This document shows positions 12,107 through 23,937 of a stretch of 64,000 nucleotides of DNA, one piece after another. This DNA comes from Cyanophora paradoxa CCMP329 (taxonomy: Eukaryota; Plantae; Glaucophyta). Numbering within the stretch: the first letter of the stretch is position 1; each line of letters opens with the position of its first letter. The notes under the pieces are model-generated. The model made no database searches and had not been told where the DNA came from. It worked only from the letters and a program-made list of their open reading frames with translations. The translations under genes were made by a program, and so were the position numbers. The stretch spans positions 124,001 through 188,000 of the forward strand of contig QPMI01000609.1 in NCBI GenBank assembly GCA_004431415.1, in the 5' to 3' direction.

Positions 12107-14132
12107 TGGCGCCGCCCGGCCTCTGTCACGAGCGCGCCCTCGGTACCCTATCCGCCCTCCCCGCGCGACGCTTCTTTCCCCCCCCCCCCGTTGACCGTTA
12201 CCCCCCAGCCGCCTTCAAGGCGTATATATATACGCAGGCGTACCTGGAGATCGTCGCTGACCTGGCGGCGAAAGGCGCGCTCTTCGGCACGGCGGCGGCC
12301 ATGGTGAAGTCCGACCCGACGAGCATTAATATTCGCGCCTCCCGGAGTCCGACGTGGACGCAATCGCCCGGTCGGCCGCCATGGTGCGCCGCCGCGTGCC
12401 CGCGCTAGCGCTCCGATCCTGCCCGGCGGCTGGCGTCTGAGACCGTCGGACGCCGGGCCGCCGATATCGATCGCGCGACTGCAGCTCCGCACCATGGCCA
12501 TCGTTCCGTCCGCTGTGTACGATTTGCGACCGCCTCGCGCGCGCGCGCGCCGCGCCGGCGCCGCTCACGGGTGGCCCCCTGCAGCGTACGCGTCGAGCCG
12601 GCGACGCCGAGCGCGAAGGGCCCCACCGTCGCAGGCTACCAGTTCCAGTGCGGCTGCGCATGCGACATCGCTCTGATCAAGGCGCGCGCGCGTCGCCTGA
12701 ATTCGAACTTGCCGACCGCCCCTCTGAGCCGCGCCGCCTGCAGCTGCAGGACCCGAGCGCCGCGGCCGTCTCGCTCACGCCGGCGCCCAGCTCCGAGTCC
12801 ACGCAGTCCGGGGTCCTTTGGGGCTTCTCCGGGCCGCTCAGCGGCTCTCTGTCGAGAAGCTGGTCGAGGGCGTCCGCGGCGAGCTCGCTGACTCAGTGAC
12901 CACCCCGTGTACGGCCCCGCGTTGGTCCGCGCGCCCTCGCTCGGCAAATTTTTAATTAAACCGTACCCCGCTGACTCGCTCCCCAGCAACCGGCGGAGGC
13001 CCCGGCTGCAGAGGAGGCGCCGGCGTCCGACGAGACGCTCGAGGGTGCGCCTGCGATCCGATCGCCCGCCGCTGATCGCCGCTGATCATGATCGCCGCTG
13101 TCGCGCCGGCGCAGCCTGCAGCTGGGACCCCCTCGTGGCCCTCGCGGGGAAGGGGCCTCGGAGGATGTGGAGCCCGCAGACGTCGAGGGTGACACGGAGG
13201 CCTCCGAGCCTCTCCTGTAGGCCGCGGCCGTGCACGCGCTGTTTAATTTATTTATACGAGCGATCGTGATCGTGTTTTATGCGCTTCCGCATCCGTGTTT
13301 TTGATCGTGAGCGAGCGTTAATTTATTTTAACCGGTACCGCATCCTCGGCGCTTTTAGGCAGCCCTTCTGGCCCACCCGTTAAAGCTGCCGCGCATGGAC
13401 CTACAGTACTCCGTATACGCTGGATGCCCTGGACGCCCGGCGGCCCCGGGCCCTCCCGCAGCGCTCGCTCGCGGGGGCGCGGACGCGCACGTACGAGTCC
13501 TATAGCTACCGCCGCTACTACTCCGCCGCCGGGCGCCGTCCGCGTGCGCCGTGGCTCCGCCAACGCCGTCTTCCTCCGCGGCTCGTCCTCAGAGCGCATC
13601 GCAGGGGGCGGTGGAGGAGGGCCAGAACCTGGTCATGCAGGATCGCACCTGGCAGCACAAAGTCCCGGAGTCCGCCCCAGCGCCCTCTTGCGCCGCCTTG
13701 CTCGGGCACCTCCTGACCGCACGCCCCGCCCCGCCCGCCGCAGTGCACGTGGCTGACTATGGTGGGCAACCTGAGGCGCGCCCGCATTTTTGTGGCAGCG
13801 CGTGCAATCATCACCAGATCTCATATGCATCCACGGATAGCACAATATTAATGACTCAGTGAGCCCTGATGCATGCTACACCACTGCGCATGCGCGGACT
13901 ACTAGGCCCTGAGGAAGAATGAATTCGAAGTGTGCACATATATATAGATCATGCATATATTCATGTATACGTAGTCGAAAGCGAAAAACGAAAGCGAAAA
14001 AAAGATGCCTGGTTTTTTAATACACTATGCTTAAAAGCCTTGAAGAGCCTTTACGTACACCTTGCAATTGAACTTAATCTGATTTATTTATCATCGTGGG
14101 ACGATTGGTATTTTACTATAGCTAGTAATGCA

Positions 14133-17100
14133 TCAAGCACGCCCCGCGAGCAGCAGAGAGACTGCCGCTGCGAGAAGGACGAGCATGATCTGGGGCCCGG
14201 CGCTACGTGCCGCCGAAAGGCGGGGCCAGTAAGGCACGCCGCCGACATTAGCGTTCGTGGTCGTCACAGGCAGCGTCGACATCAGCGAGAACTGTCGCGG
14301 GGCGAACGTGATCAGAACTTTTATCTGGGCCGGTAATTTGCAGCTCCGCACCGGGGTGAGGTGGTTGCAGGTGGCGGTGTAGGCGCCTGCGGCGGCGGCG
14401 GCGGTGGCGGCCGAGCAGACCTCCCAGGCCTTGCTGGTGGCGTTGAAGAAGACGAGGGAGACGGCCTGGCCCGCCGCGACCGTCACGCCGCTCGCGACGG
14501 GGACCGTGAAGCCGACGCCCGCGCCGAACTCGCTGCTCAGCTGCTTCACCCTGCCGGCGTCGTCGAGGCCCGTCGCCGTGACGTCCAGGATCGGCGCGAC
14601 GAGGCGGTAGCCCGCCGGCGGCGCGGGGAAGGACGACGCGTTTGCGTACACGCGCACGAGGGCCTGTTCGAATTCGGAGCTCGAAGTCAAGGGGCCAGAA
14701 ACACAGAGCGAGGGAAATAATTAAAGTCAGCACCTGGAAGTTCTTGCTGCCCCACGCGTTGGTGGGGAAGGTGATCTGTCGGATAGAGAGTAATTCTGTA
14801 AGCACGCGGCGCGCGAGCTTCAAGCGAACGAATCACGCACCGACGCCCCCGGAGCGTCCGAAATGCCGCCGAAAGTGACCCGGGAGCCGGCCGAGGGGCA
14901 CACCTGTACATCAAATTTTAATTGTAAATCACAATTCATAGTGTTCGAGTACTAGTCGAGTAAAGGGCGCGGACCTTGAAGCCCCAGGGGTCGAACTCGG
15001 TGGCGCGCTCCTGCTTGTCGCACGGCGTGTCGGGGCTGCTTAGCACGATCTGTCAAGAGTGCATTAAATATTTACACTTTCGTTGTCAGCCAGGTCAACT
15101 GTCGACGCTTGGCGTCACCTGGGCGGCCACTTGGTTGAGGGCGGTCTGCGTCTCGGCGCGGATGGAAGCGGCGGCCGTCGAGGTGGCGGGGATCGCGGAG
15201 AGCAGCCCCGAGAGGCTCGTCTGCAGGCTCTGCGCGGCCCCTCGCGCTCAGCAGACGCTTCCGCGCGCGCAGCCGGTCATCGACACCCCGCACCTTCGCG
15301 TCGATTCCGGCTGTGGTGGTGAGGTTCTGCAATTGCAGTTTTCATCATCAGTGAAACGGGCTATAATTGTCGGCGGGAATATCGCAAGCTCTCGCACGGG
15401 GTTGGCCTTGATGACGTTCATGAGCAGCGTGGCGCCCTGGACGGCCGTGGCTTCAGAGACCGCGCCGGTCTTGGCAGCGACGGGCGCGATCGACGAGAAG
15501 AACGCGACCAGCGCCCCCGCATTCTGCGAAGGAGGAGGGGGCTCGCGAATTACGACGCCGCGAAAACACCTATGTTTGCGAAATTGCTGTGTACCGCGGT
15601 GTTAGTGAGATCGACGCCCGACTTGGTGGCTTCTGTCGTCACAGCCTGTGATCGTGCGATCGCTTCATTAAGAGCGGGCAAATTGCGATGATCAGGCCCA
15701 GGGCGGCGCCCACCGTCATAACGTTAGACATAACGGTCGAGAAGGAAGCGAGGAGGCTGTCGATCGCGCCGAGCGCCGCGCGGCGAAGGCGGCGGAGCTG
15801 GACGCCGGTCGCCTTGCTGTAGCGGTCCTTGAGGGTGCCGATGAGCGCCAGGATCTTGTTCATCTTCGTTGCGAAGTCGTCGCTGCTCTGCGCTCGCAGA
15901 CGCGGGAAGGATTCAGCGCCCGGATCTTCAATTCAAATTCGATCGAAATCAAAACAAATCAGCGGCGCACGTTCAGGATCGCGGTGACCTCCTTGTTGAC
16001 GGCGTCCACCGCCGCCTGCCGAGAGCCCGAGCCGTTTCATCCTTTCGGGATCGAGCGAGCGAGCGGCCGCGGGGCGCGGACATTGAAGTCGGCGACGGCG
16101 TTGCCGGTGGCGGGGACGAGGGCCTTGACCTCGACCGCTGCGGCGATTGCGAAGGCCGTCGCGCGCCCCGCGCCGTCCTCCACCGCCACGCTCAGCTTCG
16201 CCGTCCGCGTCGCCCCGCTCTGCGCGCGCGCAGATTCATACTGGATGGCCGCAGAAGGCTCGTTGGAGCTCGAGCGCGCACGTCGGGGAAGAAGAAGACG
16301 ATGTTCTCGGTGAGGACGTCGAGGGCGAGGGGCGCGGCCGAGAGGTCCGACGTCACAGTGTATTTGAGCGGCCGCGATGCCGACTGCCACCCCGAGCACG
16401 TCACCTGAGCCCCGCGCCCCGGACCCATGTCGGCCGGATTTCCAGGCTGCGTTTCCCGAGCCCGGAACGCTCCGGTGCACGTACACGTAGCGCACCGTAA
16501 CCTTCTCCACGCCAGCCTGGACTGAGAGAGGAGAGACGGTGCACGTGCCTCCAGAAGGAGCCGCGTCTGCATTCCGGATTCCGTTAAAATAATTAGCGTA
16601 ATGCAGGGCCCGGGAATGCACAGCGGTCCGCGCACTCGCGCTGGGATTCGGAGTTGCGATCACAGTCGGGAGCGCTGTCGGGGATCTGGATCCGAAATGT
16701 AAAACATAGACATCGCAATCAATTGATCATGACTCAGCACGCACGCTTGCGGCACGGTGGCCGGAGCAGTGGTCTGCAGGGACGAATTCATCAAATAATT
16801 TCATTATAAACAATATAGTTTAAAGCCGAAAGGGGCTGAAAGAAATAGCATCTATATAGCTAAGCAAAAGACAACGCACGGGAGTTGGAGAGTTCGGCGA
16901 TGGCGATGGGGATGGCCTGCGTGCATTTAAAAAATGTTAACATATATTAATTGCGTGCGCACAGTACTAGTACTTTATGCCAACCTATCTATATCGCAAC
17001 ATTAATCCCCTGCCGGTGCGCACGAGGGGCTGGGGCTCGGCGAGGGGGTGGGGTTGCAGATGCTCTCGAAGACGTCCTCGTGGCGCCGGGCCGCGCACTC

Positions 17101-19099
17101 CATCGTCACGTTGCCCACTCGCGTCGCGTCTCGCTTGAGCTTCGACGAATCCGCCAAGGTGCTCGATCCCTAAAATTAAATCGAAATGTTAGCGATCGAT
17201 ATCGAAAATGCATATGCTGAAAGGCTGCAGCCCAAGCTCGAGGCATAACCCCGGCCCGTCGAAGCCGTCCACAGATCCTAAGAAAGAGAACCGATCGTAT
17301 CGGCTCGCACCGAGGGTTCGTCGAACTTGTACCACATCGCCAGAGGGTGCTTCTTGTACATCGTGCAGCTGATACCGTTGTTGTAGAGATCGGTAACGTC
17401 GGATTCCGAGAGAGTGGCGTTCCAGATTCTGAACCTGATTATAACCCATGGCCAGTGTAAATAGAAGAACTGTGCACGTGATGCATCTATGTGCGATCAA
17501 GCGATTGTCTCACTCAGCTATGGTGAGATCGTCAGCTCCAGCCATATGGTAAAATTTAGAGCCATCCAATTGATCATCAAGCTGCGCGCAGCGAATCAAT
17601 GTTGATCAAATTCTCATTCTGGGAAATGCATTTGAAGGAGCACCCAATTCGCGCGGCCGAATACGTTGAATGCACGATCGAATGACCCGATAGGCTCCGC
17701 TCCGTAATTGTCCCGGCCCTGCGGACTCTTATCAGCCGCCCGCGCGGTGCGGAATGCAGTGGCTAATGCATATATGACGCAATCGCAAATATCAACGTTG
17801 CTTGCCTTGTACCAGATACCGCCGAAAGGGCTTTTTACTCGGTTCACTGTTACTTTATCGGGGGTGCAGGCCTCGTATTCGGATCTCGCAGTATTCGGGT
17901 TGCATGGGGCCCTCTTGGTGGCATTTACGTACGTTGTAACAGGAGCCGCACGGCCTGCTGTGTCGGCGTAGATATAATCACCATTCGTATCGAGCTTCGG
18001 GAATGTTCCGTCGACGTCACGTACGACCAAAGACGCTGTCCCGTCTTGGGTCGCGCCGATGGCGATTACGATATGGGCCCATTCCCCAACCTGCATGCGT
18101 TCAAGAAAATGAAGAACTTCAATAAATTAAGATTAGTCCATAGATAGCTAAAGAGCTGCTCGCACGGGGATGCGCTCTGCGGTCGAGCTGTTGGTCATCA
18201 AGTCCACTAGAAATCCTTCATTACTGTTTGTCGCAGGATTGTCGAGGCTCGAGCGCAGCATAAGATACGCCCGTGTCTGCGAGCATAGACCGCACGTCGC
18301 GTTCAATCAATGCGTCAGCAAACCTAGTAGACCTGCAGCTGAACTTCGGAAATGCCGCACTTTGGCATCATATGATGCATATTTTAAGTAAAGTGTGAGA
18401 TCAGAGTCGGTGTCCCCTTCTTTCACGGAAAAGCTGAAAATGGGAACTTTATCAGCAAAAGGTCCGGTGGCGCCGATTTCCGGACTCGAGTTGATCTTCA
18501 TCCTGCGCGCGGCGATTCCATCCTTATGTCAGATAATTTAATAAGGACCGTCGGACTCAAGACGGCGAATGTGTAACTCGCAATGTGTAACTCGCAATGT
18601 TTAATGTTGCGCATATGCATGCGCATGCGTGCATTTGCGCACCAGAATTCTGATGCATATATGTATATATATGCAAAGTGCATTCGCGTCAGCAGATGCA
18701 TTCGCATCAGCCGAATTCGAAAGCATACAAGCCATAGCGCGCATTTATAGAACTGACCGATAGTCATGGGATTTGAGAGGATCACGGTGTGGTTGACCTG
18801 GATGAAGGCAGCCTTGGATACAATTACCCATCCGTCCGTATTAAAGCTTCCCGCAGCAAGTTCGGCATCGTAATTGGGCCAGCGTGCGCCTGATTGTGAG
18901 CCATGCATATGGCCGGGGGCATGGCCATGCAACAGTGAGTATATAACAGCCGTCAACGTCAACGATCAGGGCGCCGCGGCGGGCGCGAGGACGAACCGCA
19001 TGTCGGGACGGCGGCTGCTTCGCCAAGCGCGACGTTGCAGGCCAGCACCGCCACCAGGGCGAGCGCAAGGGCCGCAAGCTGCAGGTGCGAGGCGCGCAT
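14133..19099 (-). CDS. Secreted surface protein: signal peptide - LamG/ConA-like domain - Pro/Ser/Thr linker - REJ-like - GAIN/GPS - hydrophobic (GPI-like) C-terminus
   Basis: MRASHLQLAALALALVAVLAC signal; VGEWAHIVIAIG and EFRIWNATLSESDVTDLYN...WYKFDEPS (LamG-like); PSPSPSP linker; GGTCTVSPL..VTCSGWQSASRPLKY (REJ-like); KAWEVC..TATCNHLTP|FSLM (GPS, spliced); ends IMLVLLAAAVSLLLAGRA*. Confidence 0.8.
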
Positions 19100-20138
19100 G
19101 CTTCTGACAGCCCGATGCGAGGCAAGCGCTGTCGATGTCCTGGGCCTCCTGAGGTCCTGGCTGAGGATCATGTTCGAATTCGACGTCAAGACAATGAACC
19201 CACTGGGGCAAGCTAAGCTTGCAAGTTTCAAGTTTGTGCCACCGTTAAGTCGGCGTTAACGTTGCCTGTGAACTTGCCAGTGTAAGTTGCCAGTGTCAAC
19301 TTGCCACCAATGCCCGGCCATGGTCACGCTGACTCACGCACCCGGCGCACCGCGGCCGGGTCACGGACTCACGGTCCGGGCCCGGGGTCCGGGGACCGCG
19401 GCCGGGGTCACGGCGGGGTGCCGTATATATATACGTAGTACGTACTCATGCCAGAGTCGGGGGCAGCCAGACGGATCAGTGACTACCGACGAGTCTACCG
19501 TAGTACCGTAGTACTACCTATATATACGGACTGCCGCAGTACTAGCTATAGTGCGCCGCGGGAATTCTAGATCTACCGTAGGTAGGGGTCCGGCCGGTCC
19601 GTCAAAGTTGGGAATTATGCGATAGCCCTAGCCGCAAAAGCCGGTATTATGCCATGACCATGCCGGCATGGCTAGCCGCCAAATTGCCGGCAGGTATGCC
19701 GGCATGAAGGCATAGCCGCTGAGTCTGTACCCGGCTGGTGTTCGGCTTGCAGACAAGCCGGCGACCGGAGTGAGACAAGCCCTCGAGCTCTTCCCCAGCC
19801 TGGCCCAGGGCCGGGGGGCCGGGGGGATACTGGTCGGGCATAGTCGGCATGAAGGCTCTGGCTGAAGCCGGCAAAGCCGGCGCCGGCATGTCAAGCCAAA
19901 AGTCGGCATTATGGCATGAGGGTCCAAGCCAAAGCATGACGGCCGGCCGGCCGGCATGGCCTACGGCCGCCGAGTCCGTAGTGACTCCGTACTAGTCCGT
20001 ACGACTCCGTAGTCACTGACTACTATAGTCTATAGGCTATAGCTAGACTAAGCTAGTACCGTACGTAGTGCGTTCATGATCATTGCCATATGAATTAAAA
20101 ATTGCATGGCCATGCATGGCAGCTCAACCAGCCTACTA

Positions 20139-21884
20139 CTGTAGGAATGCTTTTTTAGCCGATGTTTTAAATTGCCGTAAATTGCCGAGAGGCCGAATTC
20201 GGCAATTTTAAGCCACGGCAATTCCGCTCGTCCCCCCCCCCGTCCCTCGGCGCAGCCGTCGGCGTTCGCGGCACAGTTTGAATTCGCCATGAGCGACGAG
20301 GCGCCGAGCAGCTTCGCAGCAGACGTCCGCGCGGCGCACGCGCGCCCTCAGTCTAGCCTCACGCGCTTCTTTGGAGCCCCGCAGAAGAAGCTGAAGCCGA
20401 CCACTGTAGCTGCTGGTGTGACGCAGCTGCCTGATCCGCGCGCGCCCGGACGCACGCCGGCGGAAGCTAAGCGTGTAGCGGCGGCGAACGACGGCGTAGA
20501 GGATGCCATCGCTAAGAAACAGAAGCGCGCTAGCTACGGCATCAACAAGATCCCCGGGGAGCTAAAGTTGCAGATAGCTAAGTATCAGATCGTGCACAAC
20601 TCCGGCACCGCGACAGCGCGGTACTTCCGGGTGAAGCTCGAAGCTCTGGGCGTCACTCTCGATGAGTCCCGTGCGCGCCGCTGGGCGGCGAAGCTTCAGA
20701 CAGCGTCAAAGCTCGAGAACGCAGCCGGGCCTCTTTCGATCACAGTCTGGCCGTCCGCAAAGCGGGGCCGTGCTCCGAAGCTCGGCACGCAGCTCACAGA
20801 ATACGTGAAGACATACATCCGCGAGCTGCGCGATCATGGCTGCGTAGTCAACTCAACCGTAGCTATCGGCGCAGCACACGGGATCGCAGAGGGCCCCCCC
20901 CCCTAGATCTCACAGGGAGCGGCCCCACAGGGGAAGACGGACCAGTGCCACAAGTTCGCAGAGGGGATCGCCCCTGAGGACTGGTGGATCGACCACTCCC
21001 CCAAGCACTGGTCCACAGAAGAGACCATGCTTCGCTACGGTTCTCTCCCTCTCGCCCTCACGTCACGCCTCGCACTGACCTCGCGCAGAGGAGCACATTC
21101 TCGCCCCCTACAAGAAGCTCGTCGTTGACCAGAAGGGCCTCGAGGAGGACCAGATCGGCCTGCTTGTCTTCGATAACTACGCGGCCCAGGTCCGCTCTAG
21201 TCTCTCGCTCTCAGTCTCTCGATCTACCCCGTGACCCCGAACTGCTGCAGTCTGGCGCGAAGTATCTCGAAGCCTGCCAACTGGGTGGATGGATCACCTA
21301 CCAGCTCCCCCCCAACTGCACTGGTGTGCGTTCTCTGACCTGATTTTCCTCGAGTTTTTGAGCCCTCTCACGCGCAGGAGAGCTGCAGCCCTGCGATGCC
21401 CTCCCGAACGCAACCTTCAAGAACGGTGTCCGGAAGCGCTTCACCAAGTGGTATGCGGACGAAGTGTCCCGCGGCATCAGCCAGTGGCGCAAGGCCAACC
21501 CTCAGTCGATTGAACGCCCGCCTGTGACCAAGGTCGACGTCACTCTCACGCGCATCAAGGCCCCTCACCTGCGCTGGCTAGTCGAGAGCTGGCAGGACCT
21601 CAAGGCTAAGCCCCAGCTCATCCGATCTGCCTGGGACAAGTGCCTCAACGGCAAGGGCCCGCAGCCTGAGTCGACGCCGCAGCCGGCCGCGGAGGCCGCC
21701 GCGGCCGCAGCCGGCGCCTCTAGCTCGCAGTCATAGTCAGCCTTAGCTATTTTGTACCTTGGGGGGGTTAATTTCCTGCCCCATACAACCGAAAATTTTC
21801 AATTCGGCAATTTATCACCACGGCAATTCCGGTTTTGGTCGAATTCGGCAATTTAACTACGCGGCAATTTAAGCATTCCTACAG
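20139..21884 (+). mobile_element. pogo-like (Tc1/mariner-pogo, DD35D) DNA transposon, internally deleted
   Basis: TIR CTGTAGGAATGCTT/AAGCATTCCTACAG, TA TSD (20137-20138, 21885-21886), subterminal CGGCAATT/AATTGCCG repeats at both ends, transposase inside. Confidence 0.92.
20289..21736 (+). pseudogene. Intron-containing pogo-family transposase (two HTH regions + DDE_1), broken at ~20900 with the first catalytic D region missing
   Basis: ELKLQIAKY..ATARYF..ESRARRW and GRAPKL..YIRELRDHGCVVNS (HTH/CENP-B-like); then HWSTEETMLRY|..LLVFDNYAAQ|SGAKY..LPPNCTG|ELQPCD (35 residues between the two Ds), with three GT-AG introns. Confidence 0.85.
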
Positions 21885-22023
21885 TAGTAGGCTACTAGTA
21901 GGATACTAGTAGGCTAGTAGTAGCTACCGGTACCGGTACCGGGCCGGCCTCGACGTCGACCCGGCGCGGCGGACGTCGACCCGCCGGGGCCGCCGCTAAT
22001 TAATTAATCGATGGCATTCGATG

Positions 22024-22450
22024 CAGTGTTGTCGTTATAACGTACTTGGGAAAACGGGTCGTTATAACGTGACCGTTATAACGCGTTATAACGGATAATG
22101 ACGCGTTACTTTCGTCATTTTGAATATTATATTATATTAAATATTCATTAAATATATTCCATTTCCTGCACGGGTACTTACGCTCGTACGTGACCGCGGT
22201 CTGCCAGCGACCGCCGGCGAGCTTCCTAAGCCTTCCTTGCATGTGCAAACATCTTCTTAGCTGTTCTTAGTGTTCTATCGTAGTTTTATGTCATAAATGC
22301 GCTAAAATACGATGAAATACGCGAGTTAAGGGGGGGTGAAGCTCGTTAATAACGACTGTCCGTCATATTGACTGGGGTCGTTATAACGCGTTATTAACGT
22401 GACGTTATAACGTCATCCGTTATAACGGTGACGTTATAACGACAACACTG
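22024..22450. mobile_element. Non-autonomous hAT-type MITE (second family)
   Basis: 20-bp TIR CAGTGTTGTCGTTATAACGT/ACGTTATAACGACAACACTG; 8-bp TSD ATTCGATG at 22016-22023 and 22451-22458; many CGTTATAACG subterminal palindromes. Confidence 0.93.
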
Positions 22451-22613
22451 ATTCGATGCCATGATGCGCTTTTCGATCGCGAGGTTAACCGTTAACGTTC
22501 GCGCTGCAACTTAGCCTCGAGCTCAGGGCCTGCAAGTCGCGCGTCGAGCTCTTCAATGTTCAAGTTCGATCCGGTGTTACACGGTGTTCGCGATCGAAAT
22601 TCGAATTCGTATA

Positions 22614-22897
22614 CTGTAGAACTAGAAATATATATTTATAGTACAAAAAAGTTTTGAGCGGTGCTGGTGTCTAGAGACTGTGGCCGGTAATTCACCAAAA
22701 AAAAAATACTAAATATTTCTCGCCTGCATGCTAAAGCCGAGATTTCTTAGGGGTAGTCCCTTCTCCGCCATACAAAAGCCCTCCGAAGACCGATCGCGAG
22801 TCTGATTCGCGACCTATCAAAGATTTTGCCCCTGCTAAAGTGACAGTTTTGGCGAACTACTAATTATTTTCCTGTACTAAGTAAACTAGTTCTACAG
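22614..22897. mobile_element. TA-flanked MITE (Tc1/mariner-pogo type)
   Basis: TIR CTGTAGAACTAG/CTAGTTCTACAG flanked by TA; absent from the paralogous site at ~27905 (GAATTCGTATTCTGACAG). Confidence 0.85.
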
Positions 22898-23937
22898 TAC
22901 CGGTATACGTATTCTGACAGCAAGATCTAGAGCGGCGCGCGCAAAATCGAAGAACAGGACGTCGGCGCCGGCGCTGTACATGTGTCGTGCCGCAGTGCCC
23001 GATCGCTACTGGTATCGAAATCGCGACGGGCCCGCGGCCGCGGGCATCCGATGATCTGGGCATGCCTCGCGATCGAGCTCGAGCTCCGGCCTGCGTCTGG
23101 TGCGCTTCGACCGCGCTCGCGCCGCGCGCTCGCTCTCGGACGTTTTAAATTTAATTTCCAAATCCTCGTGCGCAGCGTTCGCGATCGAGTGTGCATGTTG
23201 ACGTTGCCAGAGCGGAAGCTGATCATGAGCTCGAGGGCGTGCACGTTCAGCTCGGAGAAGTGACCATGGACATCGATGGCGAGGGACTTGAGCGCGCGAT
23301 CGACTCCCGGGTCCTGGAAGTGCACTGTCGCAGCAGCTCGCGAACGAGACACCTACAGACACGCTATCGACGTGGCGGGACAGAAATTCTCGGAGGGCAC
23401 GAAGCTCGCCGCCGACACCTGCAGACACGCTGTCGACGTCTGCAACCACGCCCTCAGAATTTTCTGGCGGATCGCCCTATCAATGGTGCGTACACGATCC
23501 GGGATCCGCGGCCGTTAATATATATCGCAATGCCTCGCAATCGGTGCCGTTTCTGGCTTAAGCTTGTATATAATTATAGAACTCATGATCAATGTTTAAT
23601 TGTACACCTGAACAGATTTTGGCATTTGCGTTTGTCGTGGTCATGATCATGATCATCATCATCATCATGGCCTCGATGGGGTCTGCGATCCCCTCGCTGG
23701 CGCTGTGGCACTTCCCAGACACCCCGCCCTCGTGATCGCGCTTCTATATGTAGCTACCGTGCTCGAGCTTGCAAAAACAATTGATCGAGCTCAATCTTTG
23801 CCTCTTCAGGAGAAAAGAACGCAGGGCCCCGCGACCGAGGGCGGTGGGCTGGGATGAGTGCGGGTAGAAGCTCGTTCTGGGGGAGATCTAGGGGAACGCC
23901 GGGCGCCGCGACCGGGGGCGGCGCCGGCGGGCTGCAG

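Noticed and set aside
19575-19966. GCCGGCATG-rich segment with CCGTAGG/CCTACGG ends as a MITE
   Set aside because: Terminal match is short and imperfect with no TSD; possibly an old element but not supportable
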